Source: Pseudodesulfovibrio piezophilus C1TLV30
GTDB taxonomy: Bacteria; Desulfobacterota; Desulfovibrionia; Desulfovibrionales; Desulfovibrionaceae
Direction of reading: 5' to 3'
Length of the DNA stretch: 32,000 nucleotides
NCBI RefSeq assembly: GCF_000341895.1
Contig: NC_020409.1
Coordinates: forward strand, 1,800,001 to 1,832,000
Positions 8,396-16,946 of the stretch are shown here, piece by piece; position 1 is the stretch's first letter, and every line of letters begins with the position of its first letter. The position numbers and the translations under genes are program-made. Below the pieces are notes generated by a model. The model searched no databases, had not been told where the DNA came from, and saw nothing but the letters and a program-made list of their open reading frames with translations.

Positions 8396-8824
8396 ATGAC
8401 AATGACAGTCACTCCCTCGCATCTCCTCACCCTGGCCCTGACCAGACATCGACGCCCATGGAACTGGACTCTCCACTTCATGGGGCTAGTCGGGTTCGCC
8501 CTCACCATGGCAGCACACAGCTCTCTGCTCTTTGCCGCCAGTCTCGTTCTGTTTGGAGCAGGGTTCTTTGACCTCAATCTGCCAGAAATCCCAGAAAATA
8601 GATGGATACGTTTTGTCTCGTCAGCTGTGGAGTGGGAAAAGAACTGGGTGGCTGCCCCCTGGAACTGGTATAAGATCCGCCGATTCATAATCTGCCTGTT
8701 TATCACAGGAATCACTCTCTGGGCGCTCTGGACGCGGGACCTCGCCGTCCTCGCCCTGATTGTTGCTTTCGGGTACCTCCTACATGTCAGGCGGGAAAAC
8801 ATTGACGGCGGCATCGATCCATAG
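8396..8824 (+). CDS. Hypothetical integral membrane protein (about 4 TM segments)
   Basis: 142-aa ORF with several hydrophobic stretches (LHFMGLVGFALTMAA, LLFAASLVLFGAGFF, FIICLFITGITLWALW, LAVLALIVAFGYLL). No family recognised. Confidence 0.6.
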   Translation: MTMTVTPSHLLTLALTRHRRPWNWTLHFMGLVGFALTMAAHSSLLFAASLVLFGAGFFDLNLPEIPENRWIRFVSSAVEWEKNWVAAPWNWYKIRRFIICLFITGITLWALWTRDLAVLALIVAFGYLLHVRRENIDGGIDP

Positions 8825-8899
8825 GGGACCCATGGACGCGGCATCGACCGGATGCTATAGAATTCTGTAAGAACAGGACAACTTTTCGGAGGAACCAAT

Positions 8900-9250
8900 A
8901 TGAGTGATGAAAACACCTGCAAGCAATGGCTGAACGAAGTCAACTGGGACATGATCCACGAAGACGCCGTGACCCTCTATCTGGAATGGGGAAACAACAA
9001 TTACCGCGATGCCATGCGCTCGCCTGTCACCACCAGCGGTGAGTACTCCATATATTTTGCGATCGATACATGGGAGGCTCCCAAGGTCGTACTGATGAAG
9101 ATGGACAATTACGGCTCCACCATTCTCTGTACCAAGAGCATCCCCGCCCCACTTGCCAAGGAACTCCTCGACGACATCAAGGGAATCAAGGGAATTCTCG
9201 AACTGACACCTCCGATCAAGGAGTGGTTGATGCAGGAATTGGAAGCGTAA
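8900..9250 (+). CDS. Hypothetical cytoplasmic protein (116 aa)
   Basis: ATG at 8900 with GGAGG at 8888-8892. No signal peptide. No family recognised. Confidence 0.65.
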   Translation: MSDENTCKQWLNEVNWDMIHEDAVTLYLEWGNNNYRDAMRSPVTTSGEYSIYFAIDTWEAPKVVLMKMDNYGSTILCTKSIPAPLAKELLDDIKGIKGILELTPPIKEWLMQELEA

Positions 9251-9312
9251 TCAGACGGGCAAGGGCTGGACTCTCTCCCTTTCGGGCTTCTCAAAAAGCC
9301 GATGACACAACT

Positions 9313-9345
9313 TTCCCCCTTGAAAATAGAATTTTCAAGGGGGAA
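9313..9345. terminator. Perfect 15-bp hairpin between convergent genes (terminator or REP-like element)
   Basis: TTCCCCCTTGAAAAT - AGA - ATTTTCAAGGGGGAA. There is no clean U-tract on either side. Confidence 0.5.
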
Positions 9346-9407
9346 ACCTTTGTATTCACTCGCAGGACAAAGCCGCAGCGTCTCCACAGGATGCCTTCTT
9401 TCGGCCT

Positions 9408-9887
9408 CTACTCGACTTCTTCTATGGCGACCCCGGTGCAGACAAAAGAAATGCCCTGGGTGGACGCCGTGCCGATCATGACGGCCTGGATGATGGGAAC
9501 AGAAACTTTCCCGCTTCCTGTCCAGTTGACCGTAAAGTTGGCCCCGGAACCGCCGCTGCTGTCCCGTTCGGAAATAAAAGCCTCTCTGGTTGCCAAAGGT
9601 GGAATGACAATGGGGTCTTCAAAAAAATTTCTCACCAGTCGTCCGTCGTCATCATAATACCTGACATAGGTTATGGTGATGGCATTTTTGGCATCGACAT
9701 TACGGATAGAGAGCAGAGCCGAGAGCCTATAGGGCCGATTTTTCGGTCCCTGATATATATGGGAATACACCGGCACATACACTTTCTGTCCCTTTGAAAG
9801 TTGCATTTTTCTCCCGGCAAAAGCCGTTGCCGACAGGAGAAGCAGAATCGTAACAGCCAGAAGAAATTTTGGAAAAGGCATGCGCAT
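9408..9887 (-). CDS. Secreted DUF3124-like protein
   Basis: Start at MRMPFPKF.. with AAGGAG 7 nt upstream. Signal peptide ..ATAFA/GR. GQKVYVPVYSHIY.., LSIRNVD and GGSGANFTVNW match my memory of DUF3124. Confidence 0.75.
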   Translation of the reverse strand: MRMPFPKFLLAVTILLLLSATAFAGRKMQLSKGQKVYVPVYSHIYQGPKNRPYRLSALLSIRNVDAKNAITITYVRYYDDDGRLVRNFFEDPIVIPPLATREAFISERDSSGGSGANFTVNWTGSGKVSVPIIQAVMIGTASTQGISFVCTGVAIEEVE

Positions 9888-9976
9888 GGGGTCACTCCTT
9901 ATGCGGTCGGGATTTCCCACGAATATGCCCGTTCGCCTGCCGGATTGCAAGACAAACAGACCGGAATCAAAACGAA

Positions 9977-10714
9977 TTATAGAGGCAAGGACCGCACCAC
10001 CAAGCCAGCACCCAGCAGCATGATAAGCCCAAGAACGACCGTGCGAAAAACAGCCTCCGGCAAAAGGCGACGCACCTTGCCCCCAACCCAGATACCACCC
10101 CAGACGGGAACAACACCCGCAATAGAGATAAAGAGAATATCCCTTGAAAGCAGACCAATCTTGCCCAAACCAAGCAGCATGACCACACTGGCGATGGTAA
10201 AAGAAGTATTGATGGCCTGAACCAGCTCGTCCTTGGTAATATCAAGTGACATGAGATATGGTAGGATCGGCATGATCTGGGAGCCGGTCAAGCCATTGAC
10301 CAGCCCGGTTGTCAGCCCGACGATCAGCGATGAAAACGGAGTATGTTTCAGGGAAAGAGAGCCTCCCCAAAGTCCCCAAAGCCCATACAGAAACATGGAA
10401 ACTCCGAGCACGGCGCGTGGCACAGGGGTTTCCCCACCTCCAAGAACCCAGAGCCCGAAAACAAGCCCCGGCATGGCTGAAGCATACATGAACCAGAAAC
10501 GTTTGAAGATGCGAAGAAAACCTCCGGCATCAATCATCACCATGGCATTGGAAAGGAGCGACGGCACGATAACCAGGGGAATGGCAATGCGCATATCCAG
10601 AAAGCTGGCCATGATGCCGAGGCAGGTCGTGGCAAACCCGAGCCCCGCAGTCCCTTTAAGAAAAGCTGCGAACGAAAAGGTGGCGAAAACGAGGATCATA
10701 ACATGCAGTTCCAT
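9977..10714 (-). CDS. TauE/SafE-family anion (sulfite) exporter-like membrane protein
   Basis: 245 aa, about 7-8 TM segments, with glycine-rich TM motifs typical of DUF81/TauE. Confidence 0.8.
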   Translation of the reverse strand: MELHVMILVFATFSFAAFLKGTAGLGFATTCLGIMASFLDMRIAIPLVIVPSLLSNAMVMIDAGGFLRIFKRFWFMYASAMPGLVFGLWVLGGGETPVPRAVLGVSMFLYGLWGLWGGSLSLKHTPFSSLIVGLTTGLVNGLTGSQIMPILPYLMSLDITKDELVQAINTSFTIASVVMLLGLGKIGLLSRDILFISIAGVVPVWGGIWVGGKVRRLLPEAVFRTVVLGLIMLLGAGLVVRSLPL

Positions 10715-10866
10715 GGGTATTCCCTGTTACGCTCTCCCCTGGGGCAACGCAACAGGTTCCTCTTTTCTCTTTTGCCACTCTACGGTAAAGCAATGATCTT
10801 GCAGGGAGGAAGAGAAGACACTCTCTTCACCATGCCATGACATAGAGACGAAATTCGGAGACAACG

Positions 10867-12048
10867 ATGCACATACCCAAGGGTTTCAGATTCGCCGCCA
10901 CACAAGCGGGCTTCAAGCATGCAGGCAAGCTCGATCTCGGCGCCGTCGTCAGCGACAATCCGGCCATTGCCGCCGGGGTTTTCACGACCAACAAATTTCA
11001 GGCAGCCCCGGTACTCCAGTGCCGTGAGATGCTCGACTCGGGACGAAAGATGTCCGGTTTTCTGGTGAACTCAGGTCAGGCGAACGCCTGCACCGGGGAC
11101 CAGGGGCGGGCCAACTGCCGAGAGACTCTCAATCTCGCAGCTATGGCACTTGATATCCCGGCAGATGAATTGCTCCCGGCCTCAACAGGAGTCATTGGCG
11201 CCCAATTCGACATGAACAAATGGGAAGCGGCCATGCCCGCACTGGCCAAGAGCCTTGGCACGGTCTCCCCGGAAGAGACCGCCAAGGCGATCATGACCAC
11301 GGACACGGTGCACAAGCTTGCCGAAGCATCCTTTGAACTCAAAGGCGGCACGGTCCGCCTGCTCGGTATGTGCAAAGGAGCGGGGATGATCAGCCCGAAT
11401 ATGGCAACCATGCTTTCCTTTATCGCCTGTGATGCCGATATCTCCACCGAGGCCTGGCAGACCATGTTGACAGATTGCGTCAATCTTTCCATCAACCGGG
11501 TGACCGTGGATGGCGATATGTCCACAAACGACTGTGTCATGGCCTTGGCCAACGGCGCATCCGGCATCGCCATCGAGAGCGAAGAGGAATATATTCTCTT
11601 GCGCAAACACCTCTTGGAAGTGCTCGAGGAGTTGGCATACAAGATAGTCATGGATGCCGAGGGCGGCACAAAAGTCGCCTTTATCCAGGTTTCAGGAGCA
11701 AAGAACGATGCCGATGCCGAACGAGTCGCTCGTGCCGTGGGCAATTCGCCTCTGGTCAAGACTGCGTTGTTCGGAAGCGACCCGAACTGGGGACGTATCA
11801 TCTGTGCAGCCGGATATTCCGGAGCCGATTTCAATCCCGAAGAACTCGTCCTCAAAATCGGCGGCGTCCTTGTTTTTCGCAACGGCACCCCGGAACCGGG
11901 TAATATGGACGACCTGCTCAACCCGATCATGGCCGAGCGGGACATTGTCATCCACTTGGACATAGGGGAAGGGCCTGGCAGCTCAATGCTCCTGGCCTCG
12001 GACCTGAGCCGAGAATATGTCAGTATCAACGCGGATTACCGCTCTTAG
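10867..12048 (+). CDS. argJ: Bifunctional glutamate N-acetyltransferase / amino-acid acetyltransferase
   Basis: 393 aa. Contains the KGAGMISPNMATMLSF self-cleavage motif and the C-terminal YVSINADYRS. Confidence 0.95.
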   Translation: MHIPKGFRFAATQAGFKHAGKLDLGAVVSDNPAIAAGVFTTNKFQAAPVLQCREMLDSGRKMSGFLVNSGQANACTGDQGRANCRETLNLAAMALDIPADELLPASTGVIGAQFDMNKWEAAMPALAKSLGTVSPEETAKAIMTTDTVHKLAEASFELKGGTVRLLGMCKGAGMISPNMATMLSFIACDADISTEAWQTMLTDCVNLSINRVTVDGDMSTNDCVMALANGASGIAIESEEEYILLRKHLLEVLEELAYKIVMDAEGGTKVAFIQVSGAKNDADAERVARAVGNSPLVKTALFGSDPNWGRIICAAGYSGADFNPEELVLKIGGVLVFRNGTPEPGNMDDLLNPIMAERDIVIHLDIGEGPGSSMLLASDLSREYVSINADYRS

Positions 12049-12056
12049 GAGGCCCC

Positions 12057-12266
12057 GTGCCCATCTTCAGAATTGAGACATGGTCAGGATTGTCATCGGA
12101 GAAAAAAAAGGACCTTGTGGAGTCCATGACTCGCGAGGCCATACGAATTCTTGGCTGCCCGGCCGAAGCCGTGACTGTCCTCATCGATGAAAGAGACAAG
12201 GAAAACTGGGGCGCGGCAGGACAACTTTGTAGCGAACGATTCCCGGACAAACCTGATTCAGAGTAA
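12057..12266 (+). CDS. 4-oxalocrotonate tautomerase-family protein
   Basis: GTG start followed by CCC, giving Pro1 after Met removal. AGGAGG (12047-12052) overlaps the argJ stop. PIFRIETWSGLS..KKDLVESMT.. matches the beta-alpha-beta 4-OT pattern. Confidence 0.8.
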   Translation: MPIFRIETWSGLSSEKKKDLVESMTREAIRILGCPAEAVTVLIDERDKENWGAAGQLCSERFPDKPDSE

Positions 12267-12309
12267 TCGACTCGAAAAACATCGAGCCGAACAAAGACAA
12301 CACACAATA

Positions 12310-12362
12310 CAGGGGGACCGTTCAGAAACGAAACTGGCGGTATTCCCCTGTCTTTCTTGTTC
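12310..12362 (+). terminator. Possible imperfect hairpin terminator after the tautomerase gene
   Basis: CAGGGG (12310-12315) pairs with CCCCTG (12345-12350), with inner CCG/CGG pairing. Followed by the T-rich TCTTTCTTGTTCTC. Confidence 0.35.
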
Positions 12363-12445
12363 TCAAAATTGATGGAAAGAACTTCCAAGAGACCACAGGG
12401 ACCTGGACAGCTCTCTCCTCGCCCCTTTTGCCGCGGGAGGCACGT

Positions 12446-13060
12446 ATGGCACCTATGAAAAGACGCGACAAGCAGACCAGAATCGTTGATTTTTTAAATG
12501 AATGTGGCATGTTGAGAAAGACACCACGAACAGGATACCAATTTCTGGGGTCAGGCAGCGAAAGTGTAGCCGAGCATTCATTCCGCACAGCAGTCATCGG
12601 GCATGTTCTGGCCTTGATGGCTGGTGCTGATGTGGCCCGTACCACTTCCATGTGCCTTTTCCATGATCTTCATGAGGCTCGGACAGGAGACTTCAATTAT
12701 GTCAACCAGATTTACAACAAATCAGAGCGCACCACAGCCTTAAAGCATTCGGTGGGAGGAACCGGGCTGGAAGAAGCGATACTCGGATACTGGGAAGAAC
12801 TGGAAGAAACAGCCACCCTGGAAGCGAAGCTGGCTCAGGATGCCGACCAGCTCGATTTTATCCTTATCCTCAAGGAAGAACTCGACATGGGGAACAAATA
12901 TGCGGGAGAATGGCTTGAAGTTGCCGTTCAACGCGTCCGAACCGAATGGGGCAAGGAGTTGGCCGAGACCATCACCAAAACAGACCACAAGGATTGGTGG
13001 TTTCTGGGGCCAGACCCTGAATGGTGGATCAAGAAAAACGGGACTGATACCGAATTGTAA
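12446..13060 (+). CDS. HD-domain phosphohydrolase (YfbR-like 5'-nucleotidase family)
   Basis: Start at the ATG at 12446 with GGGAGG at 12435-12440 (the longer ORF starts with TTG). Contains H..HD..E..D metal motifs (EHSFRTA.., LFHDLHEARTGD, AQDADQLD). Confidence 0.85.
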   Translation: MAPMKRRDKQTRIVDFLNECGMLRKTPRTGYQFLGSGSESVAEHSFRTAVIGHVLALMAGADVARTTSMCLFHDLHEARTGDFNYVNQIYNKSERTTALKHSVGGTGLEEAILGYWEELEETATLEAKLAQDADQLDFILILKEELDMGNKYAGEWLEVAVQRVRTEWGKELAETITKTDHKDWWFLGPDPEWWIKKNGTDTEL

Positions 13061-13111
13061 AAAATTGTAACAGGACTGGGAAAAACTCCTGAATACGTTA
13101 TAGGAAAGATC

Positions 13112-13134
13112 AAACAGCCTTGCTGTTTTGTTTC
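13112..13134 (+). terminator. Small hairpin terminator after the HD gene
   Basis: AAACAGC - CTT - GCTGTTT followed by TGTTTC. The stem is short and AT-rich. Confidence 0.4.
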
Positions 13135-13279
13135 AATTTGGGTACACACTCAAAGCAAAGGTTGGAAGTCTCTGGAACTGTGAGGGATTTCAGAGACAAG
13201 GGGACAGATCAACCTTTTGAATTTTAAAGTCAATTCTATTCAGACAAGCAAATACCCCTGCTTGAGGACGGTTTTTTTC

Positions 13280-14086
13280 ATGGCCGAAAAGGCTCAAGAA
13301 TCTGGTACACCCACAATTCCCATTAGCCGCGGAATACTGAATATACTCGATGAACTGGGAGAGATGGCTCTGTTCCTGTTCGAGGCATTCATCCTCATAT
13401 TTGCGGGCTGGGGGCAATTGCCCAAAACCATACGCCAGATATATTTCATTGGGGTTCAGTCGATAGCGGTCATCGGACTTATCGGTCTTTTCACCGGCAT
13501 GGTCATGGGGATGCAGCTCTATTACGCCCTGTCCGTGTTCGGCGCGGATGGCTTCCTTGGCACCGGACTGGCTTTATCCATGGTCCGGGAATTAGCCCCT
13601 GTACTGACTGCCATCATGCTCACCGGACGTGCCGGATCAGCCATGACTGCTGAAATTGGCGTCATGCGCATTTCCGAACAGATCGACGCTCTGAGCATCA
13701 TGGATATCAACCCTATGCGCTATCTGGTTGCCCCCAAACTGGGAGCCTGCCTGCTGAGCTTTCCGATCCTGACTGCGCTCTTCAATCTGATAGCTCTGTG
13801 GGGCGGCTGGCTGACCGGTGTAAAATTGCTGGGAGCCAATGAGGGCGTATACTGGGCGCGGGTTAATTCTGCGCTGGACTGGGCAGATATCCAGGGTGGT
13901 TTCATCAAGGCCATGGTCTTTGGTGTCCTTGTATGCGTTATCTGCTGCTTCGAAGGATACTGGACACACACGCGATCCGGACACGCCGGACCCGAAGGTG
14001 TCAGTCAATCCACCACCAACGCGGTGGTCAAATCCTGTGTCATAACTCTTGCGGCGGATTACATATTGACGTCGCTGCTCTGGTAG
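13280..14086 (+). CDS. mlaE: Mla/Ttg2 ABC transporter permease
   Basis: Start at MAEKAQ.. Contains RELAPVLTAIMLTGRAGSAMTAEIGVMRISEQIDAL, typical of MlaE. Confidence 0.9.
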   Translation: MAEKAQESGTPTIPISRGILNILDELGEMALFLFEAFILIFAGWGQLPKTIRQIYFIGVQSIAVIGLIGLFTGMVMGMQLYYALSVFGADGFLGTGLALSMVRELAPVLTAIMLTGRAGSAMTAEIGVMRISEQIDALSIMDINPMRYLVAPKLGACLLSFPILTALFNLIALWGGWLTGVKLLGANEGVYWARVNSALDWADIQGGFIKAMVFGVLVCVICCFEGYWTHTRSGHAGPEGVSQSTTNAVVKSCVITLAADYILTSLLW

Positions 14087-14093
14087 GCCGCCC

Positions 14094-14960
14094 ATGAACA
14101 CAAGCACTGCACCCAATATTCGCCTGGAAAACCTGGTCATAGGGTATGGCAAAAAGACCATAGCCAAAGATTTGAATATCGAATTTCCCGGCGGGAAACT
14201 TTCCATGGTCGTCGGCGGTTCAGGAACCGGAAAATCCACCCTGATCAAGCATATTCTGCAATTACTCCCGCCCAAGGCCGGCAGAATCTTCATCGGGGAA
14301 AATGACATGAGCACCCTGAGCAAGCGAGAGCAACACTGTATCAAGCAACGTACAGGTGTCCTGTTTCAGGATGGTGCCCTTCTCGGCTCGCTCCGATTGG
14401 TGGATAATATAGCCCTTCCCCTGCGGGAACATACCCGCCTGAGCGAAAAAGAGATACAGCGCATCGTGGAAGACCGTCTGAATCTGATGGGTCTTGGACA
14501 CGCCTTGGAACTCTACCCAAATGAGCTTTCGGGAGGTATGCGTAAACGGGCCGGACTGGCCCGTGCCCTGGTCATGGACCCGCAGGTCCTTTTCTGTGAC
14601 GAACCGACCAGTGGTCTGGACCCTGTTATGTCAGCAGAACTGGACCAGTTGTTACTTGAAATGATGTGCCACTTCGACATGACCATGGTTGTCGTGACTC
14701 ATGATCTGGCCAGCATGCGTGCCTTGGCAGACCACGTTGTCATTCTGGGAGAAGGCAGATGCCTCTACCAGGGCGACATCGAAGAACTGGAAAAGACTGA
14801 AGACCCCTATTTACGGCATTTCCTGGACCGTTCAACAGCAGAACGCGATGCCCCCAGACTGACCATGCCTCCCATTGATCCAGGAATGATGAAGCTCAAT
14901 TGTGATAGCATATTGGGCAAAAAAGAGACCGTTCGGAAGGATAGACAATGTTCAAATTAA
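14094..14960 (+). CDS. mlaF: Mla ABC transporter ATP-binding protein
   Basis: Walker A GGSGTGKST, signature LSGGMRKR and Walker B LFCDEPTSGLD. Located directly after mlaE. Confidence 0.9.
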   Translation: MNTSTAPNIRLENLVIGYGKKTIAKDLNIEFPGGKLSMVVGGSGTGKSTLIKHILQLLPPKAGRIFIGENDMSTLSKREQHCIKQRTGVLFQDGALLGSLRLVDNIALPLREHTRLSEKEIQRIVEDRLNLMGLGHALELYPNELSGGMRKRAGLARALVMDPQVLFCDEPTSGLDPVMSAELDQLLLEMMCHFDMTMVVVTHDLASMRALADHVVILGEGRCLYQGDIEELEKTEDPYLRHFLDRSTAERDAPRLTMPPIDPGMMKLNCDSILGKKETVRKDRQCSN

Positions 14961-15394
14961 GAAAAGAAACCGCAGTCGGCCTGTTTGTTCTCATCGGCAT
15001 CCTGGCCATCGCTTACATGAGCATCAAACTGGGAAACGTCCAAGTCTTTACAGACAAGTATTATGCGGTTCACGCCGATTTTTCGGATATCTCCGGCCTT
15101 AAGGTCAACGCACCTGTCCAAATGTACGGCGTCAAGATCGGCTTTGTCGAAACAATAGGCCTCGACCAGAAAAAAGGAGTGGCAAGCGTCACCATGCTTA
15201 TAGAAAAGGGTGTTTCCCTCAGTGACGATGCCATTGTTTCGGTCAAGACCAACGGGTTAATCGGTGACAAATACCTGAAAATAGCCCCCGGAGGATTGGG
15301 AGATCCTATCGGCCCGGACGGTTCATTGTTTGACACCAACCCTGCGGTTGATTTAGAAGACTTAATTAGCAAATTTGCATTCGGAAAAGTCTAA
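14948..15394 (+). CDS. mlaD: MCE-domain protein MlaD
   Basis: The ATG overlaps the mlaF 3' end by 13 nt. N-terminal TM anchor followed by an MCE domain (FSDISGLKVNAPVQMYGVKIGFV). Confidence 0.9.
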   Translation: MFKLRKETAVGLFVLIGILAIAYMSIKLGNVQVFTDKYYAVHADFSDISGLKVNAPVQMYGVKIGFVETIGLDQKKGVASVTMLIEKGVSLSDDAIVSVKTNGLIGDKYLKIAPGGLGDPIGPDGSLFDTNPAVDLEDLISKFAFGKV

Positions 15395-15425
15395 TTCCAG
15401 ACTTTCAGCACAGTAAGGCTCTCAT

Positions 15426-16064
15426 ATGATTTTCAAAAAAATATCATCTCCACTGCTCATTCTTTTGTTGCTCGCCACACTTTCTTCGGTGGCAGCAGCG
15501 CGCCAGACTCCTTTAGAGCGTGTTCAGGAAGCTTCAGACAAACTGATCAAAGTTCTGTCAGACCCGGCCATGCAGGAACCAGGAATGCATAAACAGGCTG
15601 TGGCCAGACTGCGTCAGACTGCTGAGGAGTATGTGGATTTCCGCCTGGTCACTATGTACGCGGTTGGAAGACAGTGGCTGGACATGTCACAACAGATGCA
15701 GGAAGACCTGACCGAAGCATTCCTTCAGTTGCTTGAGCGCTCCTACCTCAAAAGGATTCCAGCCTATGGCGGACAGAATGTCGATTACAAAAAAGAGCTT
15801 GTTTCGGGCAAAAAGGCCAAGGTCTTTACGGAAATCATTGACAAAGACAGGAAAATTGTTGTTGAATTCAGATTAAGAGACACTGGAGAGCAGTGGATGG
15901 TGTACGATGTGGTCGCTGAAGGTGTTAGCCTGGTTTCCAACTATCGGACCCAGTTTTCCCACATTCTGGACAAAGGAACACCAGAAGATCTGCTTCACAG
16001 AATCAGAGAACGCATAACCAAATTGGATCAGGGCACGGACGACGGAACCACCGACACGCTCTAA
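15426..16064 (+). CDS. mlaC: Periplasmic phospholipid-binding protein MlaC/Ttg2D
   Basis: Signal peptide present. VDFRLVTMYAVGRQW...F..LLERSY pattern of the toluene-tolerance Ttg2D family. Confidence 0.85.
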   Translation: MIFKKISSPLLILLLLATLSSVAAARQTPLERVQEASDKLIKVLSDPAMQEPGMHKQAVARLRQTAEEYVDFRLVTMYAVGRQWLDMSQQMQEDLTEAFLQLLERSYLKRIPAYGGQNVDYKKELVSGKKAKVFTEIIDKDRKIVVEFRLRDTGEQWMVYDVVAEGVSLVSNYRTQFSHILDKGTPEDLLHRIRERITKLDQGTDDGTTDTL

Positions 16065-16085
16065 GAAGAATAAAGAACAGACACC

Positions 16086-16925
16086 ATGAACACACGAGCC
16101 TTCATCCTCATCGCCCTTGCCGCCCTCCTTGTGCTCGCATCGGGAACTGCTTTTGCGGCAGAGAAGACTCTTCCGCTCAAGAATGCGACTCTGCTGGCCC
16201 AGTTCTCCGACATGAAGGGAGCGGGCGCAGCAGCCGATGCCCCTGATGCGCTCTCGGATGAAGACATCTTTGCGGAAGAGGAATATGCAGACAGTGAAGA
16301 ACTGATTGCAGACCCCCTGTACGGCTTCAACCTTGTCATGTTCCACTTCAACGATGCTTTGTATCATGGCGTTTTTCACCCTGTGGCCGAAGGGTATGCA
16401 TGGGCCATCCCTGCAAAGCCTCGCCAGTGGGTCAGAAACTTTTTTGTCAATATTCTCTTTCCTGTTCGCTTTGTGAACAATATTCTTCAGGGAAAGTTTG
16501 ACGCGGCGTACATGGAGACGTCCAAGTTCATTGCCAACACGACCTGGGGACTGCTCGGCTTTGCCGATGTAGCCTCAACCATGAAGCGCAACTGGGAGCC
16601 TGAGCGCCCCACTGCTGACGGATTCGGGCAGACTCTGGGCAAGACCGGTCTCGGGCATGGATTCTACATTGTCTGGCCGTTCCTTGGGCCAAGTTCTGTC
16701 CGTGAAACAGTGGGTTGGGTCGGAGACACCTATCTTGATCCTCTGACATATGCAGACTTCAGTTTCCTTGAATTAGCCGGAATCAGAGCATACAAGAACC
16801 TCAACTCCTTGTCCCTCGAACTGGAAGGTAATGAATACGAGACGCTGACAGAAGGCGCTGTAGACAAGTACGCCGCAGTCAGGGATGCGTATATCCGTTT
16901 CCGTGCCAAGAAGGTCAAGGAATAA
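16086..16925 (+). CDS. mlaA: MlaA/VacJ-family protein
   Basis: DPLYGFNLVMFHFND..P.A.GY..IP...R..V.NFF.N..FPVRFVNNILQGK is the VacJ signature. The signal peptide ends AFA/AE with no Cys. Confidence 0.9.
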   Translation: MNTRAFILIALAALLVLASGTAFAAEKTLPLKNATLLAQFSDMKGAGAAADAPDALSDEDIFAEEEYADSEELIADPLYGFNLVMFHFNDALYHGVFHPVAEGYAWAIPAKPRQWVRNFFVNILFPVRFVNNILQGKFDAAYMETSKFIANTTWGLLGFADVASTMKRNWEPERPTADGFGQTLGKTGLGHGFYIVWPFLGPSSVRETVGWVGDTYLDPLTYADFSFLELAGIRAYKNLNSLSLELEGNEYETLTEGAVDKYAAVRDAYIRFRAKKVKE

Positions 16926-16946
16926 GCTCCCGCAGAATCCGCTCGT

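Noticed and set aside
11076-12029. 317-aa ORF antisense to argJ, and the 235-aa ORF at 13637-14344 antisense to mlaE/mlaF
   Set aside because: Ser/Ala/Pro-rich translations with no motifs, overlapping genes with unmistakable family signatures.
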